Shown here: piece by piece, positions 1-12,334 of the stretch
How the letters are laid out: every line of letters begins with the position of its first letter
How positions within the stretch are numbered: position 1 is the first letter of the stretch
NCBI GenBank assembly: GCA_951406725.2
Contig: OX597814.1
Span: 184,698,001-184,762,000, forward strand
Direction: 5' to 3'
DNA: 64,000 nucleotides
Source: Octopus vulgaris
Taxonomy: Eukaryota
The notes under the pieces: generated by a model
What the model was told of the DNA's origin: nothing
Seen by the model: the letters and a program-made list of their open reading frames with translations, nothing else
Database searches by the model: none
Position numbers and translations under genes: made by a program

Positions 1-439
1 CTATACATTTATATTTATTTTTATTCTCATTTCATTATATGTAACCTGCCACAGTTACTGACTGTCTTTGCACAGTCACCATCAATTCTCGCCCTGATGG
101 CAAATAAAAGTATTATTATAATAGACTGGTATTTTTGCTATAGAACTAAGAAATAATTATTTTCTTTCACAAATGCTGGGTTGAAAAACTTATTTTTATT
201 TTGCTTCTTGTTATAAGAGAATGAATAACCTATGAATATGCATTATTCAATATTAATTATATATGCAATTATTTCGAATGCAAAAATTATAACCAAGTAG
301 AAATTATACATAATTGTCAATTAACGTAAATAGGAATGAGAAATGTAATTAAAAATTACATTTATTAAAGTAACCGTAATAGCAGCGTATGAAATACGAT
401 AGTGTGTAACGTACTACTTCAGAATTTTAGAATATGATA

Positions 440-475
<36 letters not shown>

Positions 476-499
476 TGGCTAGGTATATATTTACATATT

Positions 500-1620
500 T
501 ATGTTGTTATTCAGTTTTATTTCAAGATTTCTTGCCAATAGCGAAAGATCCGGTTTCTAACCTAGATCCAAGGCTCCTTCATTGGAATTTCAACACAAAC
601 AACAAGGTATTTTTGTATGTATGTATGTATGGATGGATGTATATGTATAGGTTTGTGTTTTTTTATGTATGTCTTCTCATGCATATACTTACATATCTAA
701 ACATGCTCATATATATTTAAATGATGAACTTCTGAAAAGTTTTAGAGATCTTTACTGTTCCAGTGATGGCTTGGATCTGTAATCTTCGAATTAGTTCTCT
801 CCTTTCTGGTTTTGAGAAGTCTAATTTCTGAAGATTGGTATTTAAGCAGTGTGTTACATATCCCAGGGCCCCAATAATTACAGGTATAAACCTGAGCTTA
901 TAATCTGGACAGAGTAACTGCAGGTTGCTTAATAGTTCAATGTAGGTTTTCTCTTTTTCGCTGATCTTTAGCTTTATGTTAACATCTGCTGGGCAGCTGA
1001 TTTCTATAACTGTACACAATCAAATCATTATATTGGGTCTATTGTGTTTACATTTTATTGAGGTTTTCACTGGGGCACTCCACCAGTACTCATTTTTATT
1101 ATGAGTGGCTATGGTTTCCACCATACTGTGAGTTCTTATTTCTTTGTCCTTGAGATTATCCTTTCGACAGATACCGTTATACAGTGTCCTACTTACAACA
1201 TAATGTTTCATTGGTGGATAATACCGTGATGACATTTTTCGGACAACTGCTTATGATGTGGGTGACATCTTCGGTGTTAACTCCATAAATTCTGCATCGG
1301 TTGTCACATGTTACTGCTTTTCATGCACCTTTGTTCGTTTGGGACACCAGGTATTTAGTTGATATTTCCTTTTGCAATCCAGGTATTTAGTTGATATTTC
1401 CGTTTGCAATCCAGGATTGCAAACGCATACCCTTCAAAATGGGAGGTAGTAATCCTCTTGTCGCGCCGTGTCTACTTTGATGATAAATGTTACTATCATC
1501 TCTGAGCTTTCTACTAACATATCCATGCATGGTCTTCTGCTCATATACGCTCATCCTTTCATCTGATGATACATTGCAGTAGACTCGTGCAACTTCTTCG
1601 AGCATGTGTTTAAGGTTATC
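500..1620 (-). pseudogene. 3' fragment of a restriction-like-endonuclease (RLE) non-LTR retrotransposon, R4/Dong-like, with 3' UTR
   Basis: Minus-strand frames give a decayed CCHC knuckle (CRIYGVNTEDVTHIISSCP), then EYWW..KHNRPNI..VIEISCP..KLRFIPVIIGALG, the RLE signature. Frameshifts and stops are present. The 3' UTR (500-716) recurs at ~60150-60350. Confidence 0.85.
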
Positions 1621-1629
1621 AGGCAAAAG

Positions 1630-1800
1630 TGGAAAAGATCAAGGAATTGCGAGTCGGGGTTAGTCGATTTTGTGTAAGTGGAATGAATGAGGAAAAATTA
1701 AGATAGGAGTGGTCGGTAGATGTGTAAAATATGGAGACGAGGAGGTGAAGATATTCAATAGAAACGCAGAAATTTAGAAAGTGGCCGAAGTGGTGAATTC
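1630..1800 (-). pseudogene. Decayed Penelope-like reverse transcriptase fragment (thumb region)
   Basis: HFLNFCVSI..LLVSIFYTSTDHSYLNFSS, then after a frameshift TKSTNPDSQFLDL, resembling the PLE RT motif FLD..V....SIYYKPTD.HSYL.FSS.HP..TK..IPYSQFLRL. Confidence 0.65.
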
Positions 1801-2519
1801 TATTAAGTCTTTGACTACAGGTTCCCGACTGGACACTCACTGGTTCATTGCATTTCTGATGGATTGAGCGATAAATGAGTGTCATCGGCCTTTCGATTTC
1901 TCTCTGATGATTACAGCCTTTGGCATGACGGATTCGCAACATGTACACACACATTCACATCCACACGCACACACACACACACATACACACACGCATTAAC
2001 ATAAACGAGAAATAGGAAAGCGAGCGGCATCTCTTTGGCAACCATGCATTCAGGCATGCACTAACCGAACGACTGGTCCATAGATGTTACATTTCACGAA
2101 TTGCTATATAGAATGGAAAAAATATAAAAAGGAAACCAATATTAAGTTTTAAAATAAACACCCGTTCTTATTTTGGGGCTTGGATTTATTTTTATTCTGT
2201 ATTTTTAATGTCTAATAACAGAATCTACAATGGAAATACATGTCCGAAAACAACTGAACCCGATTTGTATTTGAGATATCTCAAGTAGCTTATAGCATCA
2301 AACACCATTATAGGTTAAGTCAGTACTATTTCCATATTCATAACTAACTCTCGTGTAGCCGAAATTGCGAGGATAATATGGTGCTTGACTGAGGGGAGAA
2401 AACTTCGAATGACCGGTCCTTGTTTTCTTTGTATTGTCTATCTGGATGTTTTGTTGTCCCTTTTTGTATCACCTAGATCACCTAGCTGTCCGGATGTTTT
2501 GCGTTCTTGTCCCACTTTG

Positions 2520-2561
<42 letters not shown>

Positions 2562-3184
2562 TCAGTGTGAGGGTCAAAGGTACAAAAGACAGAAACAAAT
2601 GAATGAACAACAAGTAGGTATAGTAGTTTGACACCCGAAAAAAAAAAGGAAAAAGTCTTTGATGTTTCAAGCCTACTCTCGCCGACAGAAACGAATGAGA
2701 AGGAAAATGGAAAGAGAGAGAGAGAGAGAGAGAAAAAAAACATGTTGGGATTAATGATTGAGGGTACTGTTCCATTATATATAAACTCAAACTAATAAGA
2801 ACTCCATCGTGCGAGATATAAATATGAATTAATAGACGCAGGAGCTTAAAGACCTACGACAAGTTTCATGGTGCGATAGTACAGTAAACGAATGAGCTTG
2901 TATAGCGGCACGTGAAATCATGTCAGTGATTGGGTCTCAGTTCGCATGACGAAAACTCTGATGACACTAAACAATAAGTGTTTAGGCTAAGTTAATAGTC
3001 TTCGTGTGATTTTGAACGGCTAATCTGTCTCCCACACTGTAATGATTTAGGTGTCAACGCACGGTCTCAGGTCAAATGACTTGCCTGGCAAGTACACCTC
3101 CAAAGTGTTCATACATACACACACACATATATATATACACGCACATACATATCTATGTATGTATATATACATATATATGTATAC

Positions 3185-3228
<44 letters not shown>

Positions 3229-3231
3229 TTT

Positions 3232-3263
<32 letters not shown>

Positions 3264-3301
3264 CTTTTATGTATATATATATATATTTATATATATACTT
3301 T

Positions 3302-3343
<42 letters not shown>

Positions 3344-3374
3344 CTTCTATGCATATATATATATATATATATGT

Positions 3375-3560
3375 CCATTATATAAAATCCGTTCTGTCCG
3401 TTTGTGTGTGTGTGTCTTCTAGGATCTCGGGTATCCTCCATCCGATTGCGCTCAAATTTGATATATAGATACCGACGGTATCAGAGCGTGTATAAGTCTT
3501 GAAGAAATTACAAAAATCGATTCCAGGTGAGAATGCGATCCATAAAGCCGTTTTTGTCCT
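3375..3560 (+). mobile_element. 5' part of a non-autonomous Helitron-like element
   Basis: TATAAAATCCGTTCTGTCCGTTTGTGTG..ATCTCGG..CCGATTGCGCTCAAATTTG resembles the 5' region of non-autonomous Helitrons. No 3' CTAG end was found. Confidence 0.4.
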
Positions 3561-4513
3561 GCTTTTCTTCCGTCAACCTGTACATAACTGCACCTTCCAT
3601 TTTTTGTTGTTTTTGTACTGCTTAAAGGCACGTTTCTTTCCTGACAAGCTTACTGTTTAAACTACGTTTGTGTTCTCCCAGTCAACAGCTTTATCATTAC
3701 TGGTACTTTAAACTCTTCGGTTGTATATTTGTGTGAATAAAATCGTTTTTCTTTGGAATAGAAAAAATCTATCTTTATTTCTTCTTTTGCTGGTGTCTCA
3801 AATTTAGGTTAGATCAGTATTTCTCAAAGAGGAGGACCAATGGGACGGTCGGACAAGTTGTTCTGAGAAAATTTGATTTAAATGTTTGACAACTCAGCAC
3901 CGTCCTTTGAACGGGGGGCGTTTTGCTCGTATAATATATATACACGTGTTTGTGTGCATATATACTACAAGATTATAGAAATAAAATAAAAAAAGAAGTG
4001 TAAGAGATTGACTGTAGTATATCTGGTGCGCCAACCCTAAAACTTTAGTGTCAATGTCTCCTAGTCAATACATGATATCAGATCTTATTTCTGAGATGTG
4101 ATAACAGACTTCTAAAATCTAATACAATTCGCTACTAAAAAGGCATCCTGCTGGGTAATATATTGTTGTTTTATCATTAGAGCCTTTATCGTACCTGCTT
4201 TGAAAACATAACCTATATATATAGGCCAACGATGTAACAGTCTTCACATGGTCCCTCGACCTGGTAGATAGATCCGCATAATTTCCCATCAAGTCACTTC
4301 GTACTGTCTATACAAAGGGAAAGCAACATTGTACTTGTACACCAGGGTACGACTATATCTAAAAATTGGATGCAGTTGGATGCATTTGAAATGTTTTAGA
4401 TGATAGTTCTTCTCGGTCCGACTAAGTACTACAAAAATATATATACATAACAATAATCAAATTACGCTAAAGGAAGTCCTTAAACTGAAGTTGTAAACAA
4501 CTTTCATCTTTTA

Positions 4514-4561
<48 letters not shown>

Positions 4562-4582
4562 GGTGATCTGAAGCTGTGTAGC

Positions 4583-4630
<48 letters not shown>

Positions 4631-4694
4631 TGTATATCTATACATAAATATTTGTATATCTATCTATGTATCTGTATATATATCTTTCTGTATG

Positions 4695-4736
<42 letters not shown>

Positions 4737-4983
4737 GCAATTAAGGACAACTTCTTAATAAGGAAAACTTAACAAGAAATTATCGGGTAGATAGCGTGAA
4801 AAACCTCATAAAAGAAAAAATTTCGAAAATAATTCTTTCTTATTGAACATATTAATTTATATATAGAGGGCATTATTATACATACATGCCACACGCTAAG
4901 AGGGACAAAATTAGTCATTTCTACCAAAAATTTTACTAATCCCACCGAATGCAATTTTTCAAAGTAAGACATTTAAAAATATG

Positions 4984-5030
4984 GACTTGTATCACCTGTG
5001 ATTTCATACCTCTGTATTCATCAGCAAGTC
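4984..5030 (-). ncRNA. Type I hammerhead ribozyme
   Basis: Reverse complement reads GACTTG-CTGATGA-ATAC agag GTAT-GAAA-TCAC ag GTGA-TA-CAAGTC, with all three stems and an intact core. Confidence 0.9.
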
Positions 5031-5363
5031 TGGATGTATCATAAATAAACGAACCCACCTCGTCCAAGCCGAGCAGCTAACTGACCGACTTCAACGAAGC
5101 ACATGGGTTGGTTTACATATATTACATCCGGTAAATGGCAGACTTTTACGAATTGCATTTCGGGAAAGGAAAAGTTTTTTCGGAATAAAAATTTAGCAAT
5201 TAAGGACAACTTCTTAATAAGGAAAACTTAACAAGAAATTATCGGGTAGATAGCGTGAAAAACCTCATAAAATATATGTAAACCAACCCATGTGCTTCGT
5301 TGAAGTCGGTCAGTTAGCTGCTCGGCTTGGACGAGGTGGGTTCGTTTATTTATGATACATCCA

Positions 5364-5410
5364 GACTTGCTGATGAATACAGAGGTATGAAATCACAGGT
5401 GATACAAGTC
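5364..5410 (+). ncRNA. Type I hammerhead ribozyme (predicted cleavage after 5404, AUA)
   Basis: GACTTG-CTGATGA-ATAC agag GTAT-GAAA-TCAC ag GTGA-TA-CAAGTC. Confidence 0.9.
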
Positions 5411-5822
5411 CATATTTTTAAATGTCTTACTTTGAAAAATTGCATTCGGTGGGATTAGTAAAATTTTTGGTAGAAATGACTAATTTTGTCCCTCTTAGCG
5501 TGTGGCATGTATGTATAATAATGCCCTCTATATATAAATTAATATGTTCAATAAGAAGGAATTATTTTCGAAATCTTTTCTTTTATGAGGTTTTTCACGC
5601 TATCTACCCGATAATTTCTTGTTAAGTTTTCCTTATTAAGAAGTTGTCCTTAATTGCTAAATTTTTATTCCGAAAAAACTTTTCCTTTCCCGAAATGCAA
5701 TTCGTAAAAGTCTGCCATTTACCGGATGTAATATATGTAAACCAACCCATGTGCTTCGTTGAAGTCGGTCAGTTAGCTGCTCGGCTTGGACGAGGTGGGT
5801 TCGTTTATTTATGATACATCCA

Positions 5823-5869
5823 GACTTGCTGATGAATACAGAGGTATGAAATCGCAGGTGATACAAGTT
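5823..5869 (+). ncRNA. Type I hammerhead ribozyme (predicted cleavage after 5863)
   Basis: Same motif 459 nt downstream. The two substitutions (TCGC/GTGA; GACTTG/CAAGTT) both give G-U pairs. Confidence 0.88.
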
Positions 5870-5984
5870 CATATTTTTAAATGTCTTACTTTAAAAAATT
5901 GCATTCGGTGGGATTAGTAAAATTTTTGGTAGAAATGACTAATTTTGTCCCTCTTAGCGTGTGGCATGTATGTATAATAATGCC

Positions 5985-6025
<41 letters not shown>

Positions 6026-6071
6026 TATACAGATACATAGATAGATATACATATACTTATGTGTATATATA

Positions 6072-6690
6072 TTTTTTTTTTCTAGTTTCAGCTCAGAGCT
6101 GCGGCCATGCTGATGCACCGCCGTTTTGTGCTACACTTTTATTACGAAGAACCTTGTCTAATATGTGGCACTAGGTGAAGAATGGAATTTGATATAGCTA
6201 CTCTCATTTGCACCTCTTGCCGTGAGGTAGGGTCATCTGGGACTTTCGACAGGAAGATGTCCAGCTTTGATTTAAAAACCGCTACATCTACTTTGTGCAA
6301 GTTCCTCAGACTCTTTGGGAGAATATTAAAAAGCTGTGGGCCCTTGAAACCCAGGCTGTTACAGAAGCTGGTCCTGAAGCGTGATGGTATTGCTAGGATC
6401 TTTGGCACTATGCAGTGTCGTCCCGTTCTAGCATTGGTGTAGCTTACAATGCCAAAATTTGTCACAATTCCTTCCAGGAGCTTCCAGACATATATTACTG
6501 CATACCTCTCTCGTCTTCTCTCCAGGGAGTAGAGTCTTAGCTGTTTCAACCTTTCCCAGTAGCTGAGCTGTTGCAAAGAGACGATCTTCTTTGTGAATCT
6601 TCTCTGGATTGCTTCAAGGTCCGCGGTTAATTTTACACTGGTGGGTGACCATAGCTGTGAGCAGTAATCCAGGTGGCTGAGGACGAATAT
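6072..6690 (-). mobile_element. 5'-truncated CR1-group LINE (ORF2 C-terminus, 3' UTR, short poly-A)
   Basis: LSHLDYCSQLWSP..LEAIQRRFTK..LSYWERLKQLRLYSLERRRERY..GPQLFNILPKSLR..FKSKLDIFL is a typical CR1-group C-terminus. An A-tail lies at 6072-6081. Confidence 0.9.
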
Positions 6691-6702
6691 ATATATATAT
6701 AT

Positions 6703-7330
6703 TTGAGTAGAAAAATGAAATATCTTTTTATGGATAATTCGTTTAACCGATACCTGGGTAGCAAATTCACATCAGAAATAACACGGTTGAAGTTACGTGC
6801 CTAGGGCAGAGACTACGTGTTTTCGTGTGGAAATTTGTGTGTATTTTTATAAAATTTATGAATAAATGAAAGAATGGAGTTGAAGGACAAATTAACAAAT
6901 TTCCTTTATTTTCGACATATGTTTCGAAGGCTGCATATTCCTAATTGTGAAGGAATAAGGAGTACATTATGCCGCTTTCTCATCAGGAAAAACAAGGAAT
7001 TTATGTCAACATCAAGATTCACAAAAACTTTTAGATGACTGCTCTCACGGAGCGCATAGCGATAATGAGTCTCTCTTTAATATTCCTTTATAAGGAGACT
7101 CATTATCATTATCGCTATGCGCTCCGTGAGAGCAGTCATCTAAAAGTTTTTGTGAATCTTGATATTGACATAAATTCCTTGTTTTTCCTGATGAGAAAGC
7201 GGCATAATGTACTCCTTATTCCTTCACAATTAGGAATATGCAGCCTTCGAAATATGTCGAAAATAAAGGAAATTTGTTAATTTGTCCTTCAACTCCATTC
7301 TTTCATTTATTCATAAATTTTATAAAAATA

Positions 7331-7331
<1 letters not shown>
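6703..7331 (-). mobile_element. Penelope-pLTR-like hammerhead insert with ~230-bp inverted repeat (6841-7070 vs ~7095-7331) and ~140-nt unpaired tail
   Basis: Near-perfect inverted arms, a hammerhead motif in each arm, and (TA)n flanks. Confidence 0.8.
6901..6999 (-). ncRNA. Type I hammerhead ribozyme with palindromic stem III (ACATATGT)
   Basis: TTCCTTGTTTTTC-CTGATGA-long stem II (GAAAGCGGCATA/TATGCAGCCTTC)-GAAA-CATATG-TC-GAAAATAAAGGAA. The + strand copy at ~7175-7271 has lost 2 nt of stem III. Confidence 0.8.
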
Positions 7332-7390
<59 letters not shown>

Positions 7391-7414
7391 TACATAGATA
7401 GATATACATATACT

Positions 7415-7460
<46 letters not shown>

Positions 7461-7484
7461 TACATAGATAGATATACATATACT

Positions 7485-7528
<44 letters not shown>

Positions 7529-7570
7529 TACATAGACAGATATACATATACTTATGTATATATATATATA

Positions 7571-8126
7571 ACAATTTAGGAATGGCCTTAACAGGCCATT
7601 CGTCCACTAGACAGAGCAGCCATAACTCTAACCGCAAAGTAATATAATTCGGAAACAGGTGAAAAATTTTCTGAGATTGAATCGGCAGTTTATATTTGCT
7701 GCTGATAAGATTGGCGCGATTGCGCTGGTCTTCGAAAATTTTAAGACAGATATCCTAGAGGCTTCGACACAGTAGCCTCGTGTATATTTGCCTCTACCAA
7801 AAGGTTTCTTTACTGATGAAGCGTGACCTATGGTAGATTAGCTTAATTTAATTTAATTAAGCTGGTCTATCATTAAAAACGCAGAAACGATGCATCGTCT
7901 AAAAGATGAATTAGGGTAAACGTTTTTAATTTTTCACCTGTTTCCGAATTATATTACTTTGCGGTTAGAGTTATGGCTGCTCTGTCTAGTGGACGAATGG
8001 CCTGTTAAGGTCATTCCTAAATTGTTATATATTTACATTTTAGTCTCATGACTATTTATCTTTTCCACTGGGCCGCTGGTAGTGATAAATTTCTATCGAA
8101 TTTTTTGCTACCCTAAATTGATTAAT

Positions 8127-8130
<4 letters not shown>
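7571..8130 (+). mobile_element. Penelope-pLTR-like hammerhead insert with ~100-bp inverted arm (7571-7668 vs 7928-8025) and ~100-nt tail
   Basis: Inverted arms, a hammerhead at 7807-7906, and (TA)n on both sides. Confidence 0.8.
7807..7906 (+). ncRNA. Type I hammerhead ribozyme with palindromic stem III (ACGATGCATCGT)
   Basis: TCTTTA-CTGATGA(7813)-long stem II hairpin-GAAA(7884)-CGATGCATCG-TC-TAAAAGA. Confidence 0.85.
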
Positions 8131-8162
<32 letters not shown>

Positions 8163-8204
8163 TACATAGATAGATATACATATACTTATGTATATATATA
8201 TATA

Positions 8205-8493
8205 CAATTATTTCACCTCAATTGGCCCCGCTCTCTTTAACACTACACCAAAACACATTAAAACAGAAACTGACCCTATAAGGTTCAAGAAGTCTTTGGA
8301 CAGATTCCTTCAAGAAATCCCGGATAAACCCCCTACACCCGGATATGTCTCTGTAAACAATAACTCTCTACTTGAGTGGGCCATAGTGCCCAAATTCTGA
8401 CTTGAAAGACTTCACCAGGTGGTGCTATTAAGTTAGACATGGCCTGGGCCAATAATGGCCGAAACCTATCAAAGTATCAAAGTATCAAAGTAT
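8205..8493 (+). mobile_element. 3' end of a CR1-group LINE with (ATCAAAGT)n tail
   Basis: FTSIGPALFNTTPKHIK..FKKSLDRFLQEIPDKP..NNNSL, followed by a UTR hairpin GGCCAataaTGGCC-GAAAC and three 8-bp tandem repeats. Confidence 0.8.
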
Positions 8494-8700
8494 GTACAGA
8501 TACATAGATATACATATACTTATGTATATATATATATATATATATATACACCGATACATAGATAGATATACATATACTTATGTGTATATATATATAGATA
8601 CATAGATAGATATACATATATTTATGTATATATAATATATAACATATATATTCATGTTTATATATATGTACATTATATTTATAATATATATGTGTATATG

Positions 8701-8751
<51 letters not shown>

Positions 8752-9229
8752 ATATATATATATTGGGGAGTTGTATCATAATTGTAAGATGAAGAAAAAT
8801 AGTGGTTCACCCGCCAAGATTATAAACAATAATGAATGACCCAAACAATACAACTTATGCAGCTAGATGACAACAATATCGTAAACAAGGTGGGAGTGTT
8901 AAACATGATAAACTCGTTAAAATATAAATGGTAGGAAATTAATACCCCGGATACTAACAATAATGCGGTGATTAGAATTCTCAGCCTACAATGCGTATAC
9001 AGATAACAACATATTAGGAGATAGGTGCACGGATACTGTTTTGTGTTAACATAGATTATCAGCAATTGAGATGTAAAGGTATAATGTTCCCCAAGAAAGG
9101 CGGGCGGTCGGTGCCGTAAATCTGTAGTAACATTATATGACACCTGGATTTTAACACTGAAGCAACATCTCCTGCAGTGAAAAGAGCGCCGCAACTATGT
9201 TGCTGAAGTTTAGAAACATTAAAATGAAA

Positions 9230-9375
9230 ACATCATTAGGATAGCTAATGAAATTGAGGAGAAACATGAAATAAAAGCTGTCATTGATCTCTCCCTGAGG
9301 AACATTGTAAAATAGTACTTAACACAACGAAAGCAAAAACAAACAAAAATAGACCAGTTTACTGAGAGCGTTGTG
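9230..9375 (+). pseudogene. Possible pogo/Tigger-like transposase C-terminal relic
   Basis: IANEIEEKHEIKAVIDLSLRNIVK*YLTQRKQKQTKIDQF ends in a PIP-box-like motif common at Tigger C-termini. The match is short and weak. Confidence 0.3.
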
Positions 9376-9658
9376 TAGGGGTACTCTGAAACGAGAAACA
9401 TAGCGTTGAGGAAATAAACTTCAGTAAAAGCCCGAAGTCACATTCCGACATGTTAATAGCAACTAACCGTGAAGGTTAACAACTGCAATCCACATATGAG
9501 AAATTTAGGTGCTACTTTGGCGTGTGATCTACAACTTCAAGGGCGATTACTTTAGGTTAGTTTTTATTTTCTTTACGTGCAAAACACGCGGCTGCCAAAC
9601 TTGTATGATCAATGCGCTTATTCTAATTATGTTATTTATTCTTGGTTTCTTATTATTA

Positions 9659-9799
9659 TTAGGTTGTCCCAAAAGTTCGTAAACACTTGCGAAAATTGAA
9701 ATTTTACTCGCCAAGTACTAACAAAAACAACAAAAATTATTCCTCAAAATAAAGACCATTATTTTCCAAGACTTTCTACGAACTTTTGGGACAACCTGA
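9659..9799. mobile_element. Mariner-type MITE (~140 bp)
   Basis: TIRs TTAGGTTGTCCCAAAAGTTCGTA / TACGAACTTTTGGGACAACCTGA, flanked by TA on both sides. Confidence 0.8.
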
Positions 9800-10049
9800 T
9801 ATTTACTAAATGAAATATGGCTTTATTATTATTAAAATGGTAAGAATTTTGAAAAAATACATTTACGTTGCTAATTATGTACAAAAGAAATTATTGTAAA
9901 AATTATGTATCCAACATATTAAGGGTTTTTAGAACTTGAAAAGTAACCTAAAGTAACTGCCCTTTAGGTTGTAGATCACACGCCAAAGTAGCACCGAAAT
10001 CGACACCAGTATTTGTGTGGTTATCTTGACCTAAACTCCTCATAGCTTG

Positions 10050-10720
<671 letters not shown>

Positions 10721-11489
10721 GCGCGTGCGTAGTGAGTGAGTGTGTTTTTTATTGTATGTAAATATATCGCAATATTAAATTTTGTCTTCATGACCCAAGA
10801 CTGACCTTCTGTTTTAATTAATTTTCAGTAAGGGAAAGTTGTGCATATATTAGTCCCATCCCAGCCTCTTCTTTACATGCCCTACCATGATGTATAATGA
10901 GTGAGACAGCAATGTCAGCGAGGAGACCTAAAAAGGTGTTGATTCCTGGTGCAGGAATTGTAGGAAGTCTTTTATATTGTCATGTAATCAATCTCAAATC
11001 TGCTTTTCCCATTACATTTACATAGCAGCCAGTTAACCAGTTTAACACTTCTGCTATATGTAAACATCTGTATATGTGTGTATGCACGCAAGTATGTATC
11101 CTAAACGTTATACATGAACTGCAGGCGTTAAAAATAGTCCCTTTCATTTGAATGACTAGACATACGATCAACGATTTTCCAGTCAGTTACCATCCTTCCG
11201 TTTTTGTCTGAGAATATATCTACGACTGCAATATCCAATGTTTTCAGCTTTGTTTAAGACAGCAGGGTGTATCTCGAGTCCGAGTTCGCTGGCATTTCTA
11301 GCATATCGTGCGACTACGCAATGATGACTCACTAGTTATTCAATTGTTTATGTTGCTTAATATCATGGCTCCTTTGGTGAACTTAATTATAATGAAAGGT
11401 GCCTCTGTCCTCACATTCATTCTACAATGTATCATGTCTTGCTTATATGACAGGTTTAGATTTTATGAAGATTTCATTGTTTGTTTCTT

Positions 11490-11763
11490 TTCGAGTCTTG
11501 CCTGGCTCATAATGGCCGGTTTCCCGGTTTCCTTGGCGTATAAGTTCCCCACCTGAACGGGATGCCGGTCCGTCGCAGGTGAGCTGCAGGATGCAGGAGG
11601 AAAGAGTGAGAGAAAATTATGGCGAAAGAGTCAGAAGTTCGACATTACCATCTGCCGGAGCCGCATGGAGCTTAGGTGTTTCGCTCATAAACGCACACAT
11701 CGCCCAGTCTGGGATTCGAACCCGCGAGTCCGCTGCTCTAACCACTAGGCCATGTGCCTCCAC
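11490..11763 (-). mobile_element. tRNA-derived SINE, family C
   Basis: Head GTGGAGGCACATGGCCTAGTGGTTAG..GGGTTCGAATCCC (A/B boxes). Homologous to 32375-32667 and 37583-37883. Confidence 0.8.
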
Positions 11764-12274
11764 GAAGATTTCATTGCTTTTTCTGTAGGTTAAATGATTT
11801 ATTATATTTGTTGACTCGAAAAGATACCTCATTGATATTGTGTGGTTAAACAAGGAGGCTTGTTTAATGCATGTAACTTTCAAAGAAAGGTATTTATGAA
11901 AACTGAAAACAGTTTTTAAGTATATATTTTACGAAAATCTCTGAGTTTCGATCCTTCGTTCTATGAATTCATGGCCTGTGATCACAGTCAATCGAACATT
12001 CTGATCCCGTCTTACCCTTTCATAACTGTTTCTCTTGAAATGTAATTTTAGCAGTATCATGACACACGTTTTTTTTTAGCAAAACACAATGTACTAATCA
12101 ACATATACTAGAAATATTAACACAATTAGATTTATCAACCCAGGCGGATAAACCACCAAAAGAATCTCTACAATCTACAGGAAAAAGCAGGCAAATCTCA
12201 CTTAAATTCCAGATTACCATCTAAAAAAAAAAGGAACATCATGGATGATGCGGTTCTTGATCACCAGCTTCTGA

Positions 12275-12334
12275 GAAAATTTCTAACTGGGGAAAATTTC
12301 TAACTGGGGAAAATTTCTAACTGGGGAAAATTTC
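12275..12334. repeat. 17-bp minisatellite, ~3.5 copies (GAAAATTTCTAACTGGG)
   Basis: AAAATTTC recurs at 12276, 12293, 12310 and 12327. Confidence 0.9.

Larger units (their letters stand above)
4735..5992. mobile_element. Retrozyme/Penelope-pLTR-like insert: 459-bp tandem unit, ~1.2 copies on - (4735-5270) head-to-head with ~1.6 copies on + (5272-5992), in (TA)n
   Basis: Period 459 is seen on both arms (4737/5196; 5272/5731). Copies are nearly identical, carry three hammerhead motifs and have no real ORF. Confidence 0.85.

Noticed and set aside
2385-2520. Hammerhead-like CTGAGGG..GAATGACCGGTC next to (TA)n
   Set aside because: The core has several mismatches and no convincing stem I. It may be a dead pLTR but was not called.
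2955-3020. CTGATGA followed by a CACT/AGTG hairpin
   Set aside because: No GAAA, stem III or closing stem I.
4769-6174. Repeated 67-aa ORF MSYFEKLHSVG.. (three copies)
   Set aside because: It recurs only because the 459-bp unit is repeated and has no recognisable domain. Coding from a circle cannot be excluded but is unsupported.
6025-8630. CRISPR-like repeat-spacer array
   Set aside because: Eukaryotic context, low-complexity repeat, irregular spacers of 10-1300 bp, and no cas genes.
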